DNA of 37,822 bases, from the IMG/VR virus record IMGVR_UViG_3300008117_000138, positions 1-37,822 of that record; one strand, 5' to 3'. Below are positions 10,133 through 18,608 of the stretch, piece by piece. The DNA is from a virus. Taxonomy: Duplodnaviria; Caudoviricetes. The first letter of the stretch is position 1. Every line of letters starts with the position of its first letter. The notes below the pieces were generated by a model. It searched no databases. It saw nothing but the letters and a program-made list of their open reading frames with translations, and had not been told where the DNA came from. The position numbers and the translations under genes were made by a program.

Positions 10133-11617
10133 ATGGCAAACAAACCTAATAACCCAAGCCTCTGGTCTAAAGCTAAGTCTCTAGCCAAACAGAAATTTGA
10201 TGTCTATCCCTCAGCTTATGCAAATGGCTGGGCAGCTAAGTGGTACAAAGGTAAAGGCGGTACATGGCGTAAAGCCGAGTACGGTATGGAGGTACCATAT
10301 ATGGAAGATGGAGGTAAGCCTGAATGGCTTATAGAAGCTCAGCTTGAAGCACAGGGTTATTCTGGTAATGCTCTAGAGCAAAAGATGTCTTCTATGGCAG
10401 AAGGCGGTGAACCACAAAATGCTGGTTTTCAAGCATTGCCTGAGTATGTACAAGAAAAAATAATTAACAATATGGCTTTTGGTGGCTATATCCCTGATAT
10501 GGCTTATGGTGGTGCACAGCAAGCTGCTATTGCTATTGCCATGAAGAAAGCTGGCAAGAAACCAAAGTCTATGCAGAAGGGCGGAGAGCCCGATGGATCT
10601 ATGGCTCTTGGTCAAATTGATGCTGCTATTGATAAGTTACAGAAACTACGTCAGTTTATTCAGCCAGAATCAGACTTAGAACCATGGGTTAGCTCTAAAC
10701 TTACTCTTATGGATCATTATACAGATGCAGTATCTGACTATATGACTTATAACCCAGAAGCTCAAGAGATGCAAGGTCTGCCTATGGAGCAGATGAGAGA
10801 AGGGGGTATACCACAGCGTTACAGAAATATGGGATTTAACAAAGTGGGTGTTAAGAAGAATAGCACAAGACCCGGTAAGAAGTGGATGGTGTTAGCTAAA
10901 AAAGGATCTGATTATAAAGTTGTCCATGGTGGCTATGATGGTATGAAAGACTTTTCTCAGCATGGCTCTCAGAAACGTAAAGAAAACTTTTGGAATCGTA
11001 TGGGAGGAAAGAACTCTTCTAAAGCTACTGATCCGTTTAGTCCGTTATACTGGCATAAGCGTTTTGGTACTTGGCAAGACGGTGGTGAGATACCTGAAAT
11101 GAAAGCAGGAGGTTCTACTTTTTCTGGTAATGCATGGTATGAGATGGGTGGGATGCCTTTATATGATTATGCTTATGGTGGTTACATGCCTGAGATGTAT
11201 AAAGAGGGAGGTATTCATATAGACCCTGCTAAGAAAGGAACATTTAAAGCTCAAGCTACTCGTATGGGTATGAGTGTACAAGAAGCAGCTAATGCTATAC
11301 TAAATGCACCTAAAGGAAAGTACTCTGCAGCTATGCGTAAGAAAGCAAACTTTGCTAAAAACTTTGCAAAAGAAGAAGGTGGTGAACTACCTCAAGCAGG
11401 TAATGGTTGGATTGTTCCAGCAGCTCTTGGAGCTTTAGGTCTTGGTGCTATGATGTGGTCTAATAATAAACGTAAACAGATTGGTAATGCTGTTATGCCT
11501 ATGATGACTTCTGGAATAATGGAGGATGGCGGTCTTACACCTGGAGATGAAATAGAAGTAACTCCAGAAGAACTTCAGATGTTAAAAGACGGTGGTTACA
11601 CCTTTGAAATAATCTAA
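10133..11617 (+). CDS. Beads-on-a-string virion cargo protein made of small modules separated by Phi-x-x-GG motifs
   Basis: 494 aa with 13 Phi-x-x-GG motifs. Modules include PSAYANGW, LEPWVSSKLT..DYM, STRPGKKWMV...HGGY.GMKDFSQH (DUF5754-like) and GIHIDPAKKGTF...KKANFAKN, plus a hydrophobic segment WIVPAALGALGLGAMMW. Confidence 0.8.
   Translation: MANKPNNPSLWSKAKSLAKQKFDVYPSAYANGWAAKWYKGKGGTWRKAEYGMEVPYMEDGGKPEWLIEAQLEAQGYSGNALEQKMSSMAEGGEPQNAGFQALPEYVQEKIINNMAFGGYIPDMAYGGAQQAAIAIAMKKAGKKPKSMQKGGEPDGSMALGQIDAAIDKLQKLRQFIQPESDLEPWVSSKLTLMDHYTDAVSDYMTYNPEAQEMQGLPMEQMREGGIPQRYRNMGFNKVGVKKNSTRPGKKWMVLAKKGSDYKVVHGGYDGMKDFSQHGSQKRKENFWNRMGGKNSSKATDPFSPLYWHKRFGTWQDGGEIPEMKAGGSTFSGNAWYEMGGMPLYDYAYGGYMPEMYKEGGIHIDPAKKGTFKAQATRMGMSVQEAANAILNAPKGKYSAAMRKKANFAKNFAKEEGGELPQAGNGWIVPAALGALGLGAMMWSNNKRKQIGNAVMPMMTSGIMEDGGLTPGDEIEVTPEELQMLKDGGYTFEII
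10301..11533 (+). repeat. Dispersed protein-level repeat Phi-x-x-G-G (13 copies in this ORF)
   Basis: MEDGG, MAEGG, MAFGG, MAYGG, MQKGG, MREGG, WQDGG, MKAGG, YEMGG, YAYGG, YKEGG, KEEGG and MEDGG, read directly from the translation. Confidence 0.9.
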
Positions 11618-11620
11618 CTT

Positions 11621-13333
11621 ATGAAAATACGTATTACAGGAAAAAAGTTACCAAAAGCTCAGTGGGGCAACACGGGTTTGTTTCAAATGGGGCAGTCTTT
11701 ACAGAATGCCATGAAACTAAAACAGAATCCATTGTATGATCCTAATAATCCTGCTGTACAAAATCTAACAGGATCTGCTAGATTTCCTACAGGCTCCATA
11801 TCTCGTTTTGGGCCTATGTCATTGAATCTAGGTCCGGAACAGTATGCATTGACACAAGGATCTGATGGTATTTTAGATAGTTCAAGAGGATTTGTTACAG
11901 AAGAAGATACTAACGCTTTTGATGCATATGACTGGACAAAGGCTAAACAAGTTCCTGAGTATAATAATCTTATGGATGTATTTAATACAGGATCTAAAAA
12001 GCAGATGAGACAATCTGTTAAAGATTACAATAAACAGTTTGGAACAAATGTCAAAGGCCCAGGTCTATTTACTATGGGTGCTAAAGGCAGGGAAACAATG
12101 AATCATCTTTCAAATACTTTTAATAAGATAGGTGATGGTATAAAAATAGGTACTGTAATAGGATCTGCTATTACAAATCTTGCAGACGCTAGGAAAAAAG
12201 AAAAAGAGTTTAATCGTTGGAAAAGAAGTCAGCTTAACTCTGATTATTTATCTATGCCTGTTGAAGGTTCTCGTGGAGATTATGTAGCTAGCGGTTCTCG
12301 GTTTGGGGAATTTAGACCTGATGATTATGTTGTTAATAAAGGAATGTATACAGGACAGTTCTTTCCAAGAATGATGCAGTCAGGAGGTGTAATTCCAGAA
12401 GCATTATCATTTCCTATAACTCCTATGGAGGCTAATATAAGTACTGCACCAGCAGTTGAGCCTGAAGTTTCATCTTCTAAAGAGTCATCTTCTAAATCAT
12501 ATCGTTCATCTGGAGCTAATGAAGAAGCTGAACAAACATGGAGTGATATATCTAACGAGTATAAGGGAGTAGAGAACTGGGGAATATGGGGTGATGCAAG
12601 ACATAAGAAAACTAAAAGTGATCACAATAGTGGTGATGCATTAGACATTGGTATTTCTAGTGAAGATCAGGGTACTCAGATTGCTCAAAAACTAATTAAA
12701 GAAGCACAGGAAAGAAATATAAAGTACATCATTTGGAATAAAAAGATATGGAATCCTTCTGTATCAAATGACTGGAGACCTTACAGTGGTGATAGTCCTC
12801 ATACAGATCATGTACATGTAAGTTTTAATAGAAACCCAGAAACTCTTGGTCAGATATCGTTGACACACAACAACCCTTTAAACATACATCATGGCGACTT
12901 TTCTCAAAAGTATGGCGGCAAGCAAGGATCTAAAGATGGGGGTGGTTATGTAAGCATGTTCCCGGATCTAAATACAGGGATACAAGCTGCAAAAGATCTT
13001 TTGTTTGGACCTAATTATTCCAACCTGACTATTTCTCAGGCTAGAAATAAATGGGTAAAGGGTGATCCGGGTGTTACAAGTGAATCATCGTCACACATCG
13101 TAAAAGCAATAGGAGCTGATAAACGGATAAGTGAGCTAAGTGCTGCTGAAAAAGAACAGCTTCTTAAACTGTTTGCAAAGTGGGAAGGTAAGCAAGCTTA
13201 TAATAAGATAAAAGAAATGAAGTTGTTTGAAGAAGGTGGCCTAGTTTCTTATGCTCAAGATGGCGTATACGAGCTGACAGAAGATGAAATAAAATCTGTG
13301 TTAGCAGCCGGGGGTGAAGTAGAATTTATATAA
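11621..13333 (+). CDS. Virion cargo protein with tandem peptidoglycan hydrolase domains (M15-like Zn peptidase + lysozyme-like)
   Basis: 570 aa. SDHNSGDALD...YIIWNKKIW...HTDHVHVSF at 12578-12826. HNNPLNI...FPDLNTGIQAAKDLL...LTISQARNKW...AKWEG at 12866-13190 resembles NNPGNI-type virion lysozyme-fold proteins. Confidence 0.75.
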   Translation: MKIRITGKKLPKAQWGNTGLFQMGQSLQNAMKLKQNPLYDPNNPAVQNLTGSARFPTGSISRFGPMSLNLGPEQYALTQGSDGILDSSRGFVTEEDTNAFDAYDWTKAKQVPEYNNLMDVFNTGSKKQMRQSVKDYNKQFGTNVKGPGLFTMGAKGRETMNHLSNTFNKIGDGIKIGTVIGSAITNLADARKKEKEFNRWKRSQLNSDYLSMPVEGSRGDYVASGSRFGEFRPDDYVVNKGMYTGQFFPRMMQSGGVIPEALSFPITPMEANISTAPAVEPEVSSSKESSSKSYRSSGANEEAEQTWSDISNEYKGVENWGIWGDARHKKTKSDHNSGDALDIGISSEDQGTQIAQKLIKEAQERNIKYIIWNKKIWNPSVSNDWRPYSGDSPHTDHVHVSFNRNPETLGQISLTHNNPLNIHHGDFSQKYGGKQGSKDGGGYVSMFPDLNTGIQAAKDLLFGPNYSNLTISQARNKWVKGDPGVTSESSSHIVKAIGADKRISELSAAEKEQLLKLFAKWEGKQAYNKIKEMKLFEEGGLVSYAQDGVYELTEDEIKSVLAAGGEVEFI

Positions 13334-13353
13334 ATTAGTAATATCCAATACTT

Positions 13354-15426
13354 ATGAAATACAAAGTTAGAATTAAGAAAGCTCCAGACATGATGGCTTA
13401 TGGCGGTCAGACAAATTATGGTCTAGATCTTGGAGCTAGAAATGTTTATCAGGATATGGAAGATAGTCCATATGAGAGTGTTTCTAATACTCTGCAACCG
13501 GTAGACAGATCTATAGCAAATATAGAAGCCGAACTTGGTGAAACCGTTGTTGGTGATTTTGATCAAGATGGTCAGAATGAACACATGAAGATTGGGGGTA
13601 AACCTCACTCTCAAGGCGGTACACCGTTAAAAGTTCCTGAAGGGTCTTTTGTATTTTCTAAGACAAAGAAGATGAAGATAGGAGGACCAGTTCTTTCTAT
13701 GTTTGGTAAATCAGCTACAACAAAGAAAAAGTTTTCACCTGCTGAACTTGCAAGACAGTACGACATTAATAAGTATAGAGCTGTTTTAGATGATCCATAT
13801 GCAGATCAGATTTCTAAATCTACTGCTGCTAGAATGATTGATAGTTATGAAAAGAAGCTTGGAGGTTTGGCTCTTCTTCAGGAATCAATGAAAGGATTTC
13901 CTCAAGGTATTCCAAATATTGCTATGCCTTATCTTCAGACTATGATGCCGATGGGTCAGGAGCAAGAAGCACCTATGGCTAAATATGGCGGTTATTATTA
14001 TGATGAGGGAGGAGAGAAAGATGATGTACCTAGAAAAAAGATTTCACCAAAAGAAGTATCTTCTTATGAAGCTCAGGGTTATAAAAGAGTAGGTAATACA
14101 AATGTATGGAGAAAGACAACTTCAGGTAAAGACGTAAAAGATGTCGTTGTAACTCCTGGAGCTGCAGGTAGTTCAACTTCTGGTACCGCTGGTCAAATTG
14201 TTCCTGGTGGTAGAATTACTGGAGACGGTGGTTGGAAAGCCCCGGCAGGTTGTGGAAATTTATTGTACACACCTGAAGATGTAAAAGCAAGACCTGGATG
14301 TTATAATACATTCTTAAATAAGAATGGTTTTAAAGATGCTCCTGAGGAAGATTTGAAAAAGGGTCTTCTAGATTGGAAACGCGGTTACAGACCTACTTAT
14401 AAACCTGGAACACCTCCAACTAAAACTGATCCTAAGCCTGAAACTAAAACTTGTCCTGATGGACCAAATGGAGAAAAGTACACTATAGATCCAAATGATC
14501 CTACCAAGTGTATAAGAGTGTGGGAGAATACTGATGAGGTGTATACTGAAGATACGCCTAGAATTCCTGGTAAGATACCACCTCCTTCTAAAAGAGGTAA
14601 TGACTATCTACCGTTTTTTGGAACACAATTTATGGTTCCTCCTAAAAAGTATCATCCTTATGCTGCACCACTTAATGCTACAATACCTTATCCAACCTTT
14701 TATGATCCAAACCGAGAGCTTGCTGAATTAGCGTCAACTGAAAAAATGCAAGCTGAGTATATGGCTAATTTAGATCCTCAGGCTTACAATGCTCGTCTTG
14801 CTGCTTTGAATGCCCAAGGTGCTGAGCGTAAAGCTAGTACGATAGGTCGTTACCAGAATATGAATGTGGGAGTAGCCAATCAGTTTAGTCCAATGCAGAC
14901 TGACATTATGAACAAGATAATGGCTTATAGAGCTGATGCTATGGACAAAGTTGTTCACAATGCTCAGCAAGAAGATAAAGCTTATAGAAACTCTTGGAGG
15001 ACTCTAGGTAGAAATCTTGATCTTTATAATATAAATAGATACAAGTATAAAACTGAGAAGAATTTACTAAATGCTACAAATCCTTGGTATAATCTAGTAG
15101 ATGGTTTTGGTGGAGCTAACTTGGCTATGAAGCCAGGCGTTACTTGGAATGATATTGTCACAGGTAGAATACCTGGTACAGGATCTTCTTCCGCTGACCC
15201 TAAAGATGTAGAAGCCGAAGCTATCAGACTTAAAGGAACAGGACTGGATGCAGCTACTATCAATGAAATTCTCAGAAGAAAATATCCACAAGCGTCTACT
15301 TCTAGGTCTGGTGTATCTTCTTCAGCTAGAAATTATTTAAACATGACCATGCCTGGTATGACCAGTGGTTATAATGCATATCCATTTAGTACTGGAGGTT
15401 TTGACATTTCTGATTATGGAGACTAA
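13354..15426 (+). CDS. crAss-like virion cargo protein
   Basis: 690 aa. N-terminal ANIEAELGE...GKPHSQGGTP...FVFS module typical of crAss-like cargo proteins, a Pro/Gly-rich centre with 4 Cys, and a Gln/Asn/Ala-rich helical C-terminus. Confidence 0.65.
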   Translation: MKYKVRIKKAPDMMAYGGQTNYGLDLGARNVYQDMEDSPYESVSNTLQPVDRSIANIEAELGETVVGDFDQDGQNEHMKIGGKPHSQGGTPLKVPEGSFVFSKTKKMKIGGPVLSMFGKSATTKKKFSPAELARQYDINKYRAVLDDPYADQISKSTAARMIDSYEKKLGGLALLQESMKGFPQGIPNIAMPYLQTMMPMGQEQEAPMAKYGGYYYDEGGEKDDVPRKKISPKEVSSYEAQGYKRVGNTNVWRKTTSGKDVKDVVVTPGAAGSSTSGTAGQIVPGGRITGDGGWKAPAGCGNLLYTPEDVKARPGCYNTFLNKNGFKDAPEEDLKKGLLDWKRGYRPTYKPGTPPTKTDPKPETKTCPDGPNGEKYTIDPNDPTKCIRVWENTDEVYTEDTPRIPGKIPPPSKRGNDYLPFFGTQFMVPPKKYHPYAAPLNATIPYPTFYDPNRELAELASTEKMQAEYMANLDPQAYNARLAALNAQGAERKASTIGRYQNMNVGVANQFSPMQTDIMNKIMAYRADAMDKVVHNAQQEDKAYRNSWRTLGRNLDLYNINRYKYKTEKNLLNATNPWYNLVDGFGGANLAMKPGVTWNDIVTGRIPGTGSSSADPKDVEAEAIRLKGTGLDAATINEILRRKYPQASTSRSGVSSSARNYLNMTMPGMTSGYNAYPFSTGGFDISDYGD

Positions 15427-15433
15427 ACCTACC

Positions 15434-15484
15434 AAGTTTAGTTTTAAACTTCACAGATTTTTAAGTATATTATTAATGTAACCT
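15434..15484 (+). promoter_or_regulatory. Putative regulatory element: perfect inverted repeat followed by an AT-rich TATATTAT box
   Basis: AAGTTTA-gttt-TAAACTT (15434-15451), then TTTTTAAGTATATTATTAATGTA ending 4 nt before ATG 15485. This is the longest intergenic gap in the operon (58 nt). Confidence 0.45.
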
Positions 15485-18400
15485 ATGGCACAATACCTAC
15501 CCTATATTCCTGAAGTATTTCCGGAGCCGGCCCTGTATAAGCCCGACTTGAACTTCTTTGATAGGATGCTTCAAAGGAAACAGAATCAATTTGAACAGGG
15601 TTTAAATCAGGTAAAGTCTGCGTATAACTCTGTGTTAAATGCACCTCTTTCCGATAAAGCTAATGTTCCTTTAAGGGATGCATACATCAAACAGGCTCAA
15701 GAGAACCTAAAAATTATGGGTTCTTCGGATCTTTCTCTTCCTCAAAATATACAAGCTGCTCAGGGAATCTTCTCTCCTTTTTGGGAAGATGATTTTATTA
15801 GCAAGGATGCTTCGTTAACTAAGTGGTATCAGGGTGAGGCCTCAAAGCTTGCTAGCTGGAGAGATTCCCCAGATGAGAAGGTTCGTTCTAAGTACAATGG
15901 CATTGCTATGATGTATTTGAACAATGGCCTTAGTGCTCTTCAGAATGCTAACCGTAGTGCTGATGCCTACTCTAAAATAGAAAAGCGTCAGGCTGTACCA
16001 TTTACTAATATAGAGCAGTTCCTGCAGGAGCAGGCTAAAGGTCAAGGTCTTGAAATCAAGTATGATGATCCAAATGGAGCTTACTTGGTTGAAACTATTA
16101 ATGGTCAGCGTTCTCAGAAAAAATATAGTGTGTGGGCTCAAAGCTTGGTTGGGAATAACTTCTATGACCAGTTTAGAGTGACCGGTATTGTAGAAAAAGA
16201 AGAACGTGCTAAAGCTATTAAGAAAAGTAATCCTAATCTATCCGAACAAGAAATAGGTAACATTATTGCTAAAGATGTAGTAAGTGAACTACAACAAGGA
16301 TATAAAAAACGTACTGAAGAAGTTGATGTAGAATTATCTAGGGTTAACAGTCTTTTGACTAGTGTAGCTCAGGCTAATAATCCTGCAAACCAAAATCTTT
16401 TTGACAACCTTATTTCTGAACGTGCTAATCTTATAGCTCGTAAAGATGCTATTAATGAAGAGTATAAAAACTTTGATAAGGATACTAAGGACAGATTATT
16501 TAACACAGTAGTTGGAAATCCTGATGGATACTTTGCAACTCTTGCTAAACAGCGTCTAGTTGAAAACTGGGCTACAGGTCGTGCAAGCATTGAATCTAAA
16601 TTAATTAAAGAGAATGCAGCTTGGACTTCTGCTCAGAACTTAAACTTAAGGCAAAAAGAGTATGACTTAAATACTCAAAAAGCTATTTGGGATAGAGATC
16701 AGGACTTGTGGGAAAGGGAACATCCTACTGCAGGTAAAACTAACACAACAAGTGCTGCTAAACTTAAAGATGCCCAAGGTAATGATATAGAAGCTCCTGT
16801 TTTAGGTCAAGATAAAGAAAACTCTATAATGTATAGAGGGTTTTCTGGAATTGATATTACACGTAATCAGGCTACAGCTTTAGATTTGTTTAATCAACTT
16901 CAAAGTAAAGATTTTTCAGAAGCTCATAGTTTGATCTTTGATCAGCAAGGTATTCTCGGTTTAGCTAAAAATCTTGGGTTAACTCAAGAAGAAATAGCTC
17001 ATGTGGCTACAGCATTTCAAAAAGAAGTGGCTAGTGGTAATGCACATAAGTTTACTAAAGAGCAAACTGCTGCTGTAACAAAACTAGAAAAAGCACTAGT
17101 AGCTAATCAAGGAGTAAAGAATGCAGGTATTACATCATTAACAGGACCTGAAACAGCACGTAATGCTCTCATCGCATATGCTCAAGATTATTTTGCTCAG
17201 CGTAACAACCTATCAAAAGATGGCAATGATGTACCTCTTAACAATACTGAGTTTGAAGCATTGATGAGATACATGACTGGTGTAGAAAAACTGAGTAGGT
17301 ACACAGCTAATGAAAAAAACAGAGAAGACTTAATTCAGAAAAATATAGTTTCTAATAAAGAATATGCAAGTCTTGTTGTAGATCGTGGTGGTAAGAAAGA
17401 CCTTATAACTTTATCTGATCTTGCTAAGGATATGCCTACAATGGAGCTTAGAGAAAAGGCATCTAATGAACTAAGAAAGTTTAGTAAAGAAGATGTTGCT
17501 CGTATGTATATGTCAGGTAAGCTTAGCGGGACTAAAATGGGTGAGCTTGTAATTGATGGTAAAGTATATATACCAGAAAAGCTAAATGATATTTCAGGTG
17601 GCTTTGCAGGAAGAAATCCCATTGTAGCTTGGAATACCATGTATGCAGATGTTCTTACGTCAAAGTATGGTGAGTCAAGTGCTTTCAGCAAGCTTATGGA
17701 AAAAGCTAACCAGTCAATAGTTCCTAATCTTTTAATGTATAGAGAGCAGAGTGGTAAGCAAGGAACAGCATGGACATTATATTTTATGCCCAATAAAACT
17801 ATGGGGCAAGGAGACAGGGCAGCTCAGATTGTAGACCAGGCTCTTAACACAGCTAATGCAGATATATATGACAATGGTGCTGATCCTAAACAATTAGACA
17901 CTAAAACAATGGATGCCATTAGGGCTTTGTTGAAAAGTGAAAAGAACATGGAGGAGTACATTGGAGCTGAGTATATTCCTCAAGGAGTTAATGGTAAAAG
18001 AACTCTACGCATAGTGTTTAGTAAACCAATTTCAGAAGAAAGCAAGGCTGCTATTGGAAATGTAAATCTATCATCTATTTCTGGTCAAACATTTAATATT
18101 GTTCTTAAAGATGGAACAACAGCTCCTGCATTAGACGCTTTACCTAACAGCACTGGTTATCAAGTGTATGATATGATTGCAAGAGGTAAAGTATTTAAGA
18201 GTGATCCTGTTATAGAAGCCAGTGGTTTTAAATTTGCTATTACTCCTAATGTAATTACAAGTGAGGGTACTGCAGATGAGCAGCCTTCTTATGTTACAGT
18301 AGATCTTGAGTTCAATAATAGAGTAAATGAAAAAGATCCAAAATCTGGTCAGATGTTAACAACTGTGAAACCACAAAAGATATCTCAGGTTATTCAGCTG

Positions 18401-18589
18401 ACAGGGTCAACTGCAAAAAGTCCTGATGAGATTGTAGAGTACCTCTATGGTTTGTATTATCAGAACATGCTTGATAATAGAAACAGGCAACAGGAGTTTC
18501 AAAACTATATCAAGACAAATCAGAGTGGCTCACGAGCTGACTTTAATGAGCAGCTCAAAGCTCTTGGCCTTGGATATTTGATTAAATAA
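15485..18589 (+). CDS. Large helical virion/ejection protein preceding the vRNAP
   Basis: 1034 aa, no Cys, coiled-coil-rich N-terminal half. Its position matches the first of the giant cargo genes in crAss-like phages. No catalytic motif recognised. Confidence 0.65.
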   Translation: MAQYLPYIPEVFPEPALYKPDLNFFDRMLQRKQNQFEQGLNQVKSAYNSVLNAPLSDKANVPLRDAYIKQAQENLKIMGSSDLSLPQNIQAAQGIFSPFWEDDFISKDASLTKWYQGEASKLASWRDSPDEKVRSKYNGIAMMYLNNGLSALQNANRSADAYSKIEKRQAVPFTNIEQFLQEQAKGQGLEIKYDDPNGAYLVETINGQRSQKKYSVWAQSLVGNNFYDQFRVTGIVEKEERAKAIKKSNPNLSEQEIGNIIAKDVVSELQQGYKKRTEEVDVELSRVNSLLTSVAQANNPANQNLFDNLISERANLIARKDAINEEYKNFDKDTKDRLFNTVVGNPDGYFATLAKQRLVENWATGRASIESKLIKENAAWTSAQNLNLRQKEYDLNTQKAIWDRDQDLWEREHPTAGKTNTTSAAKLKDAQGNDIEAPVLGQDKENSIMYRGFSGIDITRNQATALDLFNQLQSKDFSEAHSLIFDQQGILGLAKNLGLTQEEIAHVATAFQKEVASGNAHKFTKEQTAAVTKLEKALVANQGVKNAGITSLTGPETARNALIAYAQDYFAQRNNLSKDGNDVPLNNTEFEALMRYMTGVEKLSRYTANEKNREDLIQKNIVSNKEYASLVVDRGGKKDLITLSDLAKDMPTMELREKASNELRKFSKEDVARMYMSGKLSGTKMGELVIDGKVYIPEKLNDISGGFAGRNPIVAWNTMYADVLTSKYGESSAFSKLMEKANQSIVPNLLMYREQSGKQGTAWTLYFMPNKTMGQGDRAAQIVDQALNTANADIYDNGADPKQLDTKTMDAIRALLKSEKNMEEYIGAEYIPQGVNGKRTLRIVFSKPISEESKAAIGNVNLSSISGQTFNIVLKDGTTAPALDALPNSTGYQVYDMIARGKVFKSDPVIEASGFKFAITPNVITSEGTADEQPSYVTVDLEFNNRVNEKDPKSGQMLTTVKPQKISQVIQLTGSTAKSPDEIVEYLYGLYYQNMLDNRNRQQEFQNYIKTNQSGSRADFNEQLKALGLGYLIK

Positions 18590-18608
18590 TAACTCTAAAG
18601 AGATATAC

